A stretch of 64,000 nucleotides of DNA from the NCBI RefSeq assembly GCF_009914755.1, contig NC_060932.1; one strand, written 5' to 3'. This document shows positions 40,415 to 54,901 of this stretch, one piece after another. The stretch's first letter is position 1, and the number at the start of each line of letters is the position of its first letter. The notes under the pieces are model-generated. The model was not told where the DNA came from. It saw only the letters and a list, made by a program, of their open reading frames with translations, and searched no databases. The DNA comes from the human T2T-CHM13v2.0 reference genome, Homo sapiens. The translations under genes and the position numbers were made by a program.

Positions 40415-40810
40415 CTTTTGTTGTTGTTTTGTTTTGAGACAGAGTCTCGCTCTGTCGCCCAGGCTGGAATGCAATGGCGTGATCTCGGCTCACTGAAACT
40501 ACTGCTTCCCGAGTTCAAGCGATTCTCCTGCCTCAGCCTCCCAAGTAGCTGGGATTATAGGCACGCACCGCCATGCCCAGCTAATTTTTTTTTTTTTTGT
40601 ATTTTGAAATAACTTTAGGTGTTTTATTTCCACACATGTAAAGGTCTCATAATTTTGTCATAAATCATGCACAAAGAACAATTTCTATTTTTAGTAGAGA
40701 TGTGGTTTCACTATATTGGTCAGGCTGGTTTCGAACTCCTGACCTTGTGATCTATTTTTCTCAGCCTCTCAAAGTGCTGGGACTACAGGCAGGAAGCCAC
40801 TGCACTGGCC
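40415..40810 (-). mobile_element. AluS (Sg/Sc-like) with an 80-bp insert in its linker
   Basis: Both arms present; one TSD ccatcattactt at 40403-40414 and 40811-40822 brackets the whole unit. Confidence 0.95.
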
Positions 40811-41392
40811 CCATCATTACTTTTAATGCCACAGCCATGTTAGACATTAGGTGTATATTTCAGGAAATATTACATAATACCTTACATTTTTTTCCCCAGA
40901 GCAATTTTGGGTTCTTTCAAAAATGTGTAAAAATTGTACATTATGAGTAAAGAATCTAAGCTTATTTTATGAGCAAATGAATACCTACTATATATTCCAG
41001 AGAAAGAAAACTACATGATTTACATGGGTATGAACTGTAAGTTATTCTTACTGTTTGCCAGTAACTTCTTAGTTTTTCCACTGTCGTCTTTACCAAATCT
41101 TGAATGCTAATCTGCTCTAAAGACTTTACTATGTAACTGCTTGTAGAAGGTGTTCATATGTTCAATATAAAGTATGAAAATATTTAATTGAGATAAAAAT
41201 GCAGCCACTGATTTTTGTTCCTGTAATCATTTATTTGTATAACAATTCTTGTAATTTCCTGCATGCGTAACTTGAGGGACAAATAACCAATTGTTTTATG
41301 GGAATGACATTTCCAATGTGGTTTATATTAAAAGATGTTATGAAAAATTCAACTTTGGTTAGAAAGTTAATTTTGAGTGTGTAGATGAAGGG

Positions 41393-42135
41393 TTTTTAAA
41401 CTTTTTATTTTGAGATAATTGGAAATTCACCAGTAGTTGTAAGAAATAATATAGAGACACCTTTAATTCTTTACCCAATTTCACCCAATGGGAGTATCTT
41501 GTAAAACTATTATGCAATAAAACAACCAAGATACTGACAGTAATAGACTCAAGATAAAGAATATTTCCATCACAATAAGAATCTCTCATGTTACCCTTTT
41601 ATAGCCTCATCCAATCCCTTCCTATCCTTAACACTAAGCAACCAATAATCTGTCCTCCCTTTCTAGAATGTTGTCATTTAGGAGTGTTACATAATTGGAA
41701 CCACATACTATGCAACCTTTTGTGGTTGCCTTTTTTACTCAGCATAATTTTATGGAGAGTCATCCAGAGTATTTCAAGTATTGCTCCTTTTTATTGCTGA
41801 AGACCCATCCATCGTCTGGATGTAGCACAGGCTGTTGAACTACTCACCCCTTGAAGCACATCAGGGTTGCTTCCAGTTTGAGCTCTTACAGATAAAGCTT
41901 CTCTAGGCATTTGTGTACAGGTTTTATATGAACGTTGTTTTTATTTCCCCAGGAAAATTCCCAGGAGTGCAATTAATTTTTTAAGTAAGTATCAAACTGT
42001 TTATCCAAAGTGACTATGCCATTTTACAAACTAACCAGCAAAGCAGAGATAAAGTGTCTTTATCCAGAGATAAAGTGTTTCCACATCCTCACCAGAATTA
42101 TATATGTTGATTGTTTTAGCCATTCTGATAAATGT
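41393..42135 (-). mobile_element. L1MC/L1MD 3' region
   Basis: tttattttgagataattg...gttgtaagaaataatatagaga...atcttgtaaaacta...aatatttccatcac. Confidence 0.85.
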
Positions 42136-42156
42136 GAAACAGCAAGATTTGTTACA

Positions 42157-42555
42157 GCCCTCCTTCCTCCTCCTCTATCCCTCCCTTCCTTCTCTCCTTC
42201 CTTCTTCCTTTTCTTTTCGTTTTTTCTTCTTTTTCTCCCTTTCTCTTTCCTCCTCCCCTCTCCTTCCTTCCTTCCTCCCCCCTCTATCCCTCCCTTCCTT
42301 CTTTTCTTTTCGTTTTTTCTTCTCTTTCTCCCTCTCTTTCCTCCTCTCCTCTCCTTCCTTCCTTTTCTTTTCTTTCTTTTTTCTTTCTTTCCCTTTCTTT
42401 TTCTTTCTTTTCCTTCCCTGCTTCTTTTCTTCTCTTCTCTCCTCTCCTCTCCCTCTCCTCTCTCTCTCTCTCTCCTCCCCTCTCCTTTCCTCTCCTTTCA
42501 TTTCCCTTTTCTCCCTTCTTTTCTCCCTTTCTCTCTTTCACTCTTTCTTTCTCCA
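42157..42555. repeat. CT-rich low-complexity polypyrimidine tract, about 400 bp
   Basis: Almost exclusively C/T on the + strand. Confidence 0.97.
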
Positions 42556-43974
42556 CTGGAATCTCTAGTTTGCTAACAGCTTCAACTGAAAGTTTGGGAT
42601 TTATGAGGAATATAGAAAACAACATTTTTTCTAAAATGGAAATTGTGTATACTAAGCCTTTAAATGGTACCAAAATCAGCAAAGAAATATGACTTACATG
42701 TATGTTTTGATAAAGTGACCCTACAGATAAGTATTAAATACTATATAAATACTTTAAAAATTAAAATACTAGAAACAACATAAAAATGAACTAAATCAAT
42801 CGAAGAAGACATATAAACTCTATTATATGTCTATATATAAAATTTGTTTTAAATGTTCAAAACTTAAAAAAATATGCAGTGGGGATATTATTTAGGAAAC
42901 TATTGTGCGTCACTCATTTATTTTCAATAACTTTTTAAATTAATGAGGTTTGTAAATGTTTACATATCTTTAAAATTTAGAGGGATTTTGATCTTCCTTT
43001 TGTGTTCAGTCTTCCTCAGCAGTCTAATTTTCTTAGTTGAGTGAAGAGACGTATGGATTTTTCCCTGTCACCCCAGAAATCTGTATTCTCCCGGGTTCCC
43101 TCATGAACAGGAAGGCAAGATGGTGGCCTTACCATGTACACTGACAGTGAGAAAAGGGGGAGGTCATGATTAAGTTTCCCATAGTAAACATTAAATATTA
43201 CAACTTTAGCATAACTATATATGCATCAATACGCATATTTGACAGCTAATATTAAAATGGGGATATATTTTGACTTTTTAAAGTATTTTGTAAAATAAAG
43301 TTGACATTATAATGAATACTTACTAATCATTGACCATGAAGCTATAATTAAAAGCAAAGAAAAAAATCATTTAATTATTCAAATATGCTCAGGAAAAGTA
43401 TACATTTATTCTTTTTCTTGGGAACTTTCTGAATTTGGATTCTTAACAGCTGCCAATTAATATTGCATTACTTCTAACTCTTTAATCAGATAGTGAAAAC
43501 AAAACCAGAAAGAGAAAGATTGGTTCCAAAACGTGTCTCTCTGTTGTCAACACATATTGCGTTCCTGAATATCACAATCCGTCAATGTATCTTACAAATG
43601 CAAATATTCAGACTATAGTTTGTTTTATGTATACTTGCATGTTACTGAAATATTGAAAACCTAAGTCAAAATTACTTTTAAAAAACTTAGCCACAAAATC
43701 CTAAAATAATATGTAAAATATTCTTATCCTAATAAGAATCAGGCTTTGGATTTCAAATGTAGAATTATTTACTCCTTACCTTCTAAGGAATTTGAATCAC
43801 AGGTGAAAACACAAAGCCAATGTCCCTGAAGAATGTATAATCTAATTTAAAAAAAGGAAACTACTGATGATACATTTGGCAATTGAAAAATGCAGTTATA
43901 AATGATGGACACAACATTATGCCATGTCCATCTTCATGCGTGCAAAAGGAGCCACTCAGAGGTGCTCTTGCCCC

Positions 43975-44705
43975 ACGCTCCTCCTCTCAGATGATGACAA
44001 CTTCATTCTTTCAATTCCTCAAGCCCAAACCCTGGAGTCATCCTTGCTCCTCTTTGTTATACCTCACACACAATTCACTAATGTATTTTCAGCTCTATCA
44101 TTCAGATTATTCAGAAAGTGTCTACTTCTTACCTTACTGGGATATTGCTTCACCTGGATAATTGCAGTGTTGTCCTAACTAGTCTGCTGCAATTGAACTC
44201 ATGCCCTTTCATAGTTTTTTCAGCAAACAGAGTGGTCCTGTAAATTCAGATCTGATCACTTTGCTCTGTGCTTTCCTATTTTTCTCATCATTCTAAGCTT
44301 CAGGCACCTGCTGTTCCTACCAGAGGATAAGATGCCCAGCCTCCAAGCCTTTGCAGTAGCTAATCCTTTGACCTGTTATGCTTTTCCCTACACATCCTTA
44401 CACTTTGGTTCGCCCACTCCTTAATTCTTACTTAGATTATACCAGATCTCTTGAGTCCTGCTCTCTGTCCTATTTAATTTGTTATCCTTTTGCCTGAAGT
44501 CTTTCCATACCACTCTCCTTCTTTACTTTTCTTCTCAGCAGGTATTATTAATGTATTAATATACTAATAATTTTACCTGTTTGTGTATTTGTTATTCGTT
44601 TAGCTCAGTAGAATGCAGTTTCCACAAGAGCAAGGATTTCTGTCCCCAGAATCTAGAAGAGTATCTAGCAGAGAGCAGATGCTTAATAAACATGAATTGA
44701 AGGAG
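43975..44705 (+). mobile_element. L2a 3' portion
   Basis: ctcaagcccaaaccctggagtcatcctt; cacctggataattgca; agaatgcagtttccacaagagcaagga...gatgcttaataaacatgaattgaa. Confidence 0.8.
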
Positions 44706-45009
44706 GGAAGGAAAAAAAGAGAAAAGAAGAAAGAAAGAAAAAAATGAGGAAAGGAAGGAGGGAAGGGAGACAGGAAGGAAAAAGAGACGAAAAAAGTCTC
44801 TACAGCTCTCTAGGGGTGTCAAAGAAGTTTTACTAACTTAAAGTTACTGTTAAGTACCCAATGTGAAAAAAACTATGAGCTCAATCTTTATTTTATTATG
44901 ATAAAATGGTATATTTTATTAAATACTCACAGAGTTACTTTTCTGTTAGTATTTAAATCAAGTTTAAAGTTTAGTTACATTTATTTTCCAAACCTCTGGA
45001 AATACTAGT

Positions 45010-45245
45010 TTTGGTATTCTGTTACACACTAGGGTGACTATAGCTAGTAACAACGTAGTATATACTTCAAGACAGAAGATTTTGAATGTCATCACCGCCA
45101 GAGATGATAAATGCTTAAAGTGCTGAATATGGTGATTAACCCGATTTGATCATCACACAATGAATATACGCATTGCAACATCACATTATACCCCATAAGC
45201 ATGTACAATTATTTTGTATCAATTATAATGTAAAAATTAATTGAT
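45010..45245 (+). mobile_element. L1MA (about MA6-MA7) 3' end
   Basis: tagggtgactatag...gatgataaatg...aacatcacattataccccataagcatgtacaattattttgtatcaatt. Confidence 0.85.
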
Positions 45246-45579
45246 AAAAATATTGATTTCTTTTATAATTCTATCCTTTTCTCAAATTTTTTACAGGGTA
45301 TGATACAACAACACGATCTGTAAAGTATTTGTTAATAATAAAACAAGGACCAGAACAATTACATATTATACTATTCATAATAATTTTGGTAGCCAAATAC
45401 ACGTAATGGCAAAGGCTACCTTGAGAGCCCATTCCAAAATATTCTATTTTCACTTAAAATAGCTCAACATTTTAAATGGTGGTCTTGGAAACCCCCTTTT
45501 ATCTATGGCTTTTGGTGAAATCAACCAATTGCTCTCTGCTCCTGCTATAGGTCACAGGAAATTCATGAAGCAATAGTGG

Positions 45580-45972
45580 TGATATTGATTAAATTGTCTC
45601 CCAGCAATGTACATGTTGAAGTCCTTAAACCCAGTACCTCACAGTGAGATTTGGAAATAGGATACCTGCATGTGTACTATTTCAAGTCAGGATGAGATCA
45701 TACAGGAGGACCTATTACAGGTCACACTTTAGCCCTAATCCAGTATGACTGATGTAATTCTAAAAAGGGGAAATTTGCACCCAGTGAGAATGGCATGTGA
45801 ACATGAAGGCAGAGATTAGGGAGAATGCCATGTACAAGGCAAGGAACACCTGAGGCTACCAGGAGCTAAGAGAGAAGTTTGAAACAGCTTTTTCTTGCAG
45901 CCTTCAACAGGAACCAACCTTGCTGGTGCCTTGAAATCAGACCTCTAACCTCCAGAACCACGAGACAACAAG
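45580..45972 (+). mobile_element. MLT1B/MLT1C MaLR LTR
   Basis: atgttgaagtcct...cccagtacctca; ccctaatccagtatgactg; gaaggcagagatt; ggaaccaaccttgctg; cctccagaac. Confidence 0.85.
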
Positions 45973-46134
45973 GAAAACGAAACATGCAGTGTATTGCCAG
46001 AATACAATATTGCATGTCCTTATATTCTGGCAGCAGAGACCTAACATTTTTGAAAGCCATTTTAGACACTGTTCAGTGTATGAAGAAAATAAAAGGGTTG
46101 AAGGGTTACTGTCATAGAAAAATAGCTGCAGTAA

Positions 46135-46446
46135 GGCTGGGCACAGTGGCTCATGCCCATAATCCTAGCACTTTGGGAGGCCGAGGTGGGTGGATCGCCT
46201 GAGGTCAAGAGTTTGAGACCAGCCTAGGCAACATGGTGAAACCTCATCTCTACTAAAAATACTCAAATTAGCCAGGCGTGGTGGTGGGCACCTGTAATCC
46301 CAACTACCTGGGAGGGTGAGGCAGGAGAATTGCTTGAAACCAGAGGCGGAGCTTTCAGTGAGCCAACATTCAGCCACTGCACTCCAGCCTGGGCAACAGA
46401 GCAAAAACTCCATCTCAAAAAAAAAAAAAAAAAAAAAAGAGAGAAA
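46135..46446 (+). mobile_element. AluS (Sx/Sq-like), full length
   Basis: Complete dimer; 19-bp TSD agaaaaatagctgcagtaa at 46116-46134 and 46447-46465. Confidence 0.97.
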
Positions 46447-48444
46447 AGAAAAATAGCTGCAGTAAGGTCATTTAATAGAGGCTTCAGGAAAGGTCTCTGA
46501 GGAAAGAACCACTTGAGTTTAGCTCTCAGAGAAGAGAGACCAGTGAAATAATATTATAGGCAGAACAAAGAGTAAGTAGAAAGGTCTTACTGGGAAAGCT
46601 TGGCATTCTCAAAATAAAGAAGAAACTGGAGAGGCCATACAGTAAACATGAAGAGGAGAGTAGTCCATATTTAAGAGAGAGTAGTTTTGTTTATTTTGCT
46701 TTGTTCTAACTGGAAACTGAACTTTTATATAGAGGTCTTACCTGATTTACTTTTCAAAATTTTGTTTAGGCTCAAATCTGAAGAATTTACTCAGGATAGC
46801 AAGTATGCACATGAAAACAATGTAGAAAATTCATTATTATTAATAAATACTATTGTGACAGCAGCTATATTTAGAGGGTTCTTCCCAGAATCCCTCTGCC
46901 CAAAATTATTTTTTGCTAGATTGCCTGTTCCTTTAGCCTCAGATTCTCTTTCTAGAAATGCATTTATGGAAACATCATACATAAGCTAAAAAAATAGAAG
47001 GTGCGTTTTATCATTTAGGTAGTTTGTGCCCCCCGATGGACAATAATATACTCATTAAAATGGTGTATAAAATTGCTGTGTGACAACAACTAGAGTAACT
47101 TAAAATAGAATATTAAGCGATAAGCAAGAATGCATGTTTCCATCTGTCATAATTTCAACTATAAATATATGAATGCATTTGGACAACCATTGAATGGCCT
47201 AGAAAATATGAAAAAAATGTTGTTAAGGTTACAGAGTTGTGTATTTTTATTATGATTTTCCTCTTACAATTAAAATGTAACTTAAGGTAAATATATTTCT
47301 TTGGATTGAGTCAGTGCAATATCTACAATTTAGAAATCCTCTTTTCAAATACAGCACCAATCAAACATTGAGGCATGAACATATGTTTTAGGTTAGGGTG
47401 TCAACAATTGGTCATCCCTGACTTCTTGGGAGGTTAACAAACCATGACTCAACATAAATCAGTAGCATTTGGGGATTTCTGGCTAAGGACAGTGGGAATT
47501 CAGAGCTCTGAAATCACAACCCAGGTATTTCACATCTTGGAGTCTCTCTTGGGTTCTTGGATCAAAAAGGAGAGTAGAGTAACACATGAACAATGAATGG
47601 GAGAAGAAAATTTAAATTCCTAATTCACAAAATGTTTAACCCATCATGAAAACTGTTATTAAGTCTATGAAATGTGATCTCAAATTGTTAAAAAAAAAAG
47701 ATAGCAGGAAAGATAATTTATCTTTGGCTTGTCCCCAGAGACAATGGGGTATCTTGATAATTGTTTTAACAATGTTAAATTTTAAATACACAAGCATTTT
47801 CAAATGATGAGCTTATTATTCATTTACTGAAATCACTAGACTTATATTATTATACAAAAAGATTTGCTAAAATTAACCAGCTAAGTAAATAAGTAGAAGA
47901 AGAAAAATCCTTTCATATATCTTAGAAACCAGCTTAAGTAGCCTCAAAGTTGTACTGAAGAAATTCAAAATCCAGTCACTGTAATACTACTCTCTCCCCT
48001 TCTCACTTTTTCTGTTTCCATTTTCTCCATGCGTTATTGATCTATTACAGTCTCTTTGCTTATCTATATTCTACCTATACTTCAAGACTCAGTTTAAATT
48101 CTGAGGTTGACAGACTTTGGATTCAAACAGATGTTATTTCCAATTTTTGATTTGTCTGTTTCTGTGATTTCAAGAAAGTTAAATTACCTGAATTTGTTTC
48201 CTCATGTGAAATGGGCAATATTATGTTTTCCACATAAACGCTATCAGGAAAAAGGGAGATAAAGCACCCTTGTGAGGCTCCTAATGAATATTAATCTCTT
48301 CCCCATTTGTGTTACTCAGTGCAGTCTCATCCAGTTGGAAATAATGCAATGTAAAGAATATGAGCTTAGTAGTAGAGTTTCAACAGAGTTTCACCACTCA
48401 TACATGTGATACCTTCACTAGGTTGTTTAACCTGACTGGGTCCC

Positions 48445-49020
48445 TGTGTTAGGCTAAATAATGGTCCTCCAAAGAAGTCTATGAACTAATCCCTGGAAGC
48501 TTTGAATTTATTACATTAGAGGACAAAAGAAAATTAAGGTTGATAATGAAATCATGGTTGCCAATTAGATGAATTTGAGATGGGGAGATTATCCTGCATT
48601 ATCCACAAGCATGGGCCCAAGGTAATCACAAGGGTCCTTGGAAGTGGAAGAAGAGGTAGAAGAGTGGGTCTGAGAGATGCAACAGGAGAAGAATTTGACT
48701 TGCTTTTCCAGAGTTTGAAGGTGGAGGAAAGAGTCATGAGCCAAGGGATGTGACAGTCTCTAGAAGATAGAAATGGGTTTCAGCTGACAGCCAGCAAGAA
48801 AACCGGAATCTCAGTCTTACAGTCTCAAGGAACTAAATTCTGCCAAAAACACAAATAAACAAGGAAACAGATCCTCCCCTAGGATGTCCAGAAAGAAATG
48901 CAGTTCTGCCAACAACTTGATCTTAGCCTCGGAATTATGACCTATAAAACTATAACATTGGTGTCTTTTAAGCCAAAAATCTAAAACAAATTCTTGAAGG
49001 AACAATAGAAAAACTAATGG
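48445..49020 (+). mobile_element. MLT1E-like MaLR LTR, apparently inserted in a MIR
   Basis: tgtgttaggctaaataatgg; gggagattatcctg; cagctgacagccagcaag; aaggaactaaattctgccaa; caatagaaaaactaat. Confidence 0.85.
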
Positions 49021-49309
49021 AATTTCCTTCATAAGAATTCTTAAATAGGGACAATTGTACCTACCCCTTGGTATGATTTTGAAAATTTAATTTATTAGTT
49101 TCACAAAAAAACCTAGCACATTATTAGCATCCCATAATAAATGCTCTTTTTACATATTTTTCTTCTTTTCTTATTTCACCCTGGATTCCTGTAAATGTAT
49201 GCCATCTGTAGGTGTTATGTGGAAACTATGTATTGCTATATTTCACCTATAGATGTATGCAACTAATTATGTCCAGGTGATATCTCTTCCAGTATCAATT
49301 TCTATTATA

Positions 49310-49510
49310 ATTTAAGCTCCACAATTTACTGGCTGTGATTTTCAGGTGAGTTGTCTAACCTCTCTGTGCATGCCTCCTATCTGTAAATGAAAATAATAAG
49401 GGTAATAACTCTTTTATCTAGTTGTGGTAATAATTCAATGGAATGCTACTTAAATAGCATTTAGACCAGCACCTGGAACATTGTATTTGCTCATTAAAAT
49501 CAGCTACTTT
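49310..49510 (+). mobile_element. MIR
   Basis: tttactggctgtgatt...taacctctctgtgc...atctgtaaatg...cagcacctggaacat. Confidence 0.7.
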
Positions 49511-50867
49511 TATTTTTTTCACAGGCTTATAGCCTTCAAATGATTAAACGATATGTCCCTTGATGTTCAAATAGTATCTTGGAGTAATTCTTATCCCACT
49601 TAGAACCTGGAAAAATGTCTAAATGAAAGTAGATACTTGATAAATATTCATGGACTCAATTTTATGTTCTCCTTTAATCTAGTCACATATCATTAGCACT
49701 TAGACCCATTCTATCCCCATCCCTAGCTTGAAGGATAAAAGGAACTTTCAGTGAGAGGAGGGAAGGATGGAACAAGTTAGAGAACCAGCGGCTTAGACAC
49801 TTAGCTGCAGAAATACTGTCTTCCCTATTCTACTGTGTCAGACAGAGCAAGAAAATTTTAACATAATCAAAATTCACTCCAACTATGTTAAAGCTCTCTG
49901 ATAGAGCTAAGTGCTGTATTTTCATGCTTAGATGTACAATGAGAAATGAGGACTAAATGGTTCCAAGTTAGTTTCCCAAATTCTGAAAATCTGAAGTCAT
50001 TATTCTTTATAGCATAAGACACTCATCTTTTAAATAGGATTTGAACTTAGAATTAAACATTTTTCCATTGCATTGAGCACACAAAAGGCTGACTCAATGA
50101 CTGAAGATGGGAATGTACAAAACAAGCCTGCTGAACTGAGCCAATCACAAACACAGTTTGCTGAAGCAGGTGGAATGGGAATCTCTAACTATAATTATGT
50201 TAGATTACTTGAAACGAGGGACCATATTTTACTCATCTTGTGCTTAGAAGTGTGTCTTTAAAATGAAAGAAATACCAATATTTGTTTAATTCGATTGCAT
50301 GAATTTAACTGCTGTTTAGCAGAGTATATAGGAGTAGAAAAAGATATGTGATATTTCAACTAGGGAATCAAGATTTGAGCAGAGAACAAAACACAACATC
50401 ATACTTTAAGGAGGACAAGAGCTCAAATCATCAACACCTATTCTTCTTATTAAAAGCAGGATGTAACCAACTAGTGGGACTAATTACTTAAAATGACTTA
50501 TTTCAGTACATTTTATTATTTCATGTGTGTCACTTAGTGTATGCTATATGATTATCTTATGAAAACACTGATTTTAAAAATCTAATATCAGCTGTTGACA
50601 TTACTCTCATAATTTGAATTCTGTGAACATTACTACAGTGAATGGTTTTTCTCTGAGAAACATGTTCAAAGAAAATAGCATCTGCTTCTAAATATCTCAT
50701 GTTGTTCCAAAGCTCTCTGACATATGGATTGTGGTTAGAAGAGGTGGCTTTGAGACCAGGTCACCTCATTTTAGATACTATCTCTAGCACTAGGTGATCC
50801 TGGTCAAGCTATTTGTGAAATACCATTTGAATTTTTAGGTGGGGGAATAAATGGCATTAAAACTCTT

Positions 50868-51406
50868 TTTTAAAATTATACTCTAAGTTTTAGGGTACAT
50901 ATGCACAACGTGCAGGTTTGTTACATATGTATACATGCCATGTTGGTGTGCTGCACCCATTAACTCATCATTTAACATTAGGTATATCTCCTAATGCTAT
51001 CCCTCCCCCTTCTCCCCACCCCACAACAGGCCCCGGTGTGTGATGTTCCACTTCCTGTGTCCATGTGTTCTCATTGTTCAATTCCCACCTATGAGTGAGA
51101 AAATGTGGTGTATGGTTTTTTGTCCTTGTGATAGTTTGCTGAGAGTGATGGTTTCCAGCTTCATCCATGTCCCTACAAAGGACATGAACTCATCATTTTT
51201 TATGGCTGCATAGTAATCCATGGTGTATACGTGCCACATCGTCTTAATCCAGTCTATCATTGTTGGACATTTGGCTTGGTTCCAAGTCTTTGCTATTGTG
51301 AATAGTGCTGCAGTAAACATACGTGTGCGTGTCTTTATAGCAGCATGTTTTATAATCCTTTGGGTATATACCCAGTAATGGGATGGCTGGGTCAAATGGT
51401 ATTTCT
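50868..51406 (-). mobile_element. L1PA4-type 3' end
   Basis: catttaacattaggtatatctcctaatgct; TSD aaactctt at 50860-50867 and 51407-51414. Confidence 0.96.
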
Positions 51407-53804
51407 AAACTCTTATCACTATATCTGCAACAGAACAAGTGTTCAATAGACATTAGATATTTGCATTACTATATTTTAAAAAGTAATCCTTTCCTTGTGG
51501 CTTTGCTCAAAGCATCTTGGAGCTTTTCATACCCCATTCATCATGTTTATAGAATTTAATACAACCAACCAAGAAAAAAGAAGATGCATCTATATTTTCT
51601 TCTTCTATTCTTCTAATGTCTGTGTAGAAATCTTTACTAGCTGTAAATAAAGGGTGACAAAAGTCATATGGTCATTCTGAAATTAAATACGAGAAATTCA
51701 AAAATGACTATTAAGCGTCGATCGTCTGAATTGCAAAAGTTATGTTTTCACTTTCATTTTTAGTAAATTTAAACTTCAAAAATGCAAGTAATTCTAATGA
51801 AGGGATTTGAGGAAAAATTGAACGTCATCCCACATCCTGGGCAGCATGTAAGCCTTGCAGCATTAGGCTCTGTGACCTAAGCTTGCACAAGAACCTGATT
51901 CTGGCAACTGAGCAAACATTTGCCCTTCTCAGATTTTAAGTCTTTTCTCTGAATATCTTTTAACCACGCTGTTTCTGATGTTTTTGCCAAGCATCCACCT
52001 GCCTTTCAAATGTCCTAACAAATACTAGGGTTGCATCCAAGTCTCATGAAGCATCCTATTACTGAAATGTTTGTAGGGCATAAAAGGAATGCTGGCAGTG
52101 TGTACAGTAATAAATGCCTTTTCTGTTGTTGGTAATTTTCACATTGCTATTTTCATCAATTACTCACAATCAGAGACTTGCAGGATGGCAAAACTCACAT
52201 GCAAGGTCTTTAAAAATCTGTCCTGCAAGTGAATTAATATTCCTCATTTTATGATGGTAATTGGTGACCAGATGCAGTGAATCACAAAAACGTTAGTGTC
52301 CTTTCAACCTAAGAATCTTTTGTCTGCTTAACAAACAGCAGGTTGAAGCCTGTAAAAGCAAATCACAAATAATATCTCAATTACATCTTATCAGCACAAC
52401 TATTTGCCTGGCTTTTTTCTGTAGATAAACCAAAACATATTTATCAGTCTTTGGAACTGAGAAGGAGAGCACAAGTTATTTTCTCAGTACCCTAATAGAG
52501 AGACAAGGACATATCTTGTTGGTAGAATTTGCAAAAAAAAAAAAAAAAAGAATTGAATTACAGTGTAAGTTTCTGAAAAACATGACAACAAAACTAGGCC
52601 ACATTTAATTATTATTTTACGCTGCTTGAGAGAAATAAATTCTGGAATCACTGTTGATATCTACATGTTTGGGGGAGTGAGGTAGTAACTCTCCAGCCTT
52701 ATTTCATAAAAAGAACTATTTTAACGTTCATTAGGTACTAAAATATTCTATAAGAATAAACCCTAGAAATATGTTTGTATATAAACACACACATATATAT
52801 GCACACAAATATATATATTTATATAGTACTAAGAATCGCTAATGAGCATAGCAATGATCAGTTTATATATAGCAATGATAATAGAGACATATAGAGAGAG
52901 ACATATATATATGTCAATGTTATAGTATTATCTTCAATATTCAAAGTGCTTGAAGCAGGTATGATATAAATACAAACTTGAAAGTTTCCAATAAATATTC
53001 TGAAACCATTCTTTGGAAAGGAGGAAGGGCTGAGAGTAATGTAAAAGTTTTGGAGAGGGCATCAATTCCTAAACTAATTTCTCAGGATTATTCTGGCATG
53101 TATAACTGATGAAGAAACCTATTACACTAACTTAGGAAAGTTATTTGGCTCCTAGAGAAGCGGATGAATAAATTGAACTCATACAGGGTTTTTCATAACA
53201 CACTTTTCAAAGCTTCATCTCATGATGCAGAACTGGAAAAATCCAGTGCACAAAATGTGGGATATCACAGCAATCATCGAACCCTGGACTCATGTTGTCA
53301 TAAAAGCTTGTCGTACCACACCAAATTAACTTCCAGAGAAATGCATTTCAACTGTTGCTCTTTAAAAATATAGTCATAAAATACTCTTATTCTACTTTAT
53401 GAAGTACCAAACTATAAAAAAATATAACATTCTCTTTCTGAAGCCAAATGTTGTGGATTTATGTGCTGTTTATACCACAAAGATACTTAAAAATCTAATG
53501 ATTCCAGAATAGTATAATCACAATATTTTGAATTACCATCACTATTGAACTCTTGTTGATTTTCATGATGCTTAGGGCATTGTGTTGCCATTTTAGAATG
53601 AATAAAACATGGTCTCCGTAATCAAAGGGATAGTTGTTGAGACAGGTTATAAACATAAAAAAGAGATGATAATGAAAAATAATTAGAATATTATTGCTAA
53701 AATAAATACTATCCCTATACATGAGGACCTCAGCTCTCTTAGATACCTAGAGTTTACAAATACTTCAAGGAAAATTTCAACCATGATCCACCAAGCAACC
53801 TGGG

Positions 53805-54107
<303 letters not shown>

Positions 54108-54901
54108 CAGATTTATTTTTAAATGAATTCAGTCCATGCTCATAGGCGGAAATCTCTGTGGTGATTATATCCCACACTTGAATATATGGTTTTTTTCAGT
54201 CAAATCCTACACCTGACTTTATATTCCACTTCATTTGATTACTTAAAAAAATAAGACCTCAGGTTGTTTCTAACCTCTGAGGTTAGCAAAAGAAACAATG
54301 GCATGATAAAGTGGTCTGATGCCTTTCTAAATGAAATTTAAAACCTGAAACTCCACCAAGATTTATAATCAGGAATTCACTCTTTGCTCTGTTTTGAACT
54401 TCATAACTTACTTTAAAATATAAGTTTTAACTACTCTTTCCTCTATGTGTCTTATAAATAATTACCTTTGTCCAAAAGCAATAAATTTTGATATGACTCT
54501 AGGCTGAAGTTATGAGGAAATATGAAGGTACTATACTGTCACAGAACAGCAGAAAGGCTAACCTAGAAGAATTTATATGAGGGGGTGAGTGAAAATGCCA
54601 ACATCATGCAGGATTATTACTATTGCATTATGTCTTTATTTTATTTTTAAAAAATTTGACAAACATATATTTAAGGTATGCAGGTTGAGGATTTGATATC
54701 CTTATACATGGTGAAATAAATCACTACAATAAAGCTAATTAACAAATCTACCACTCAGTTATTTTCTTGTGTGTGTGTGTGTGTATGTGTGTGTGTGTTT
54801 GTGGTGAGAACATGTAAGTTCTACTCTCATAGAAAATTTCAAGTATACAATAAAATATTGTTAACTAGAGTTACAATATTGTGCACTAGAGGTCCACAAC
54901 T

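Noticed and set aside
42010-42682. Four overlapping 108-188 aa ORFs
   Set aside because: Artefacts of the stop-free CT-rich tract (F/L/S/P or E/K/R/G low complexity).
51700-52450. Repeat-free stretch that might be a conserved enhancer
   Set aside because: Cannot be supported without conservation or chromatin data.
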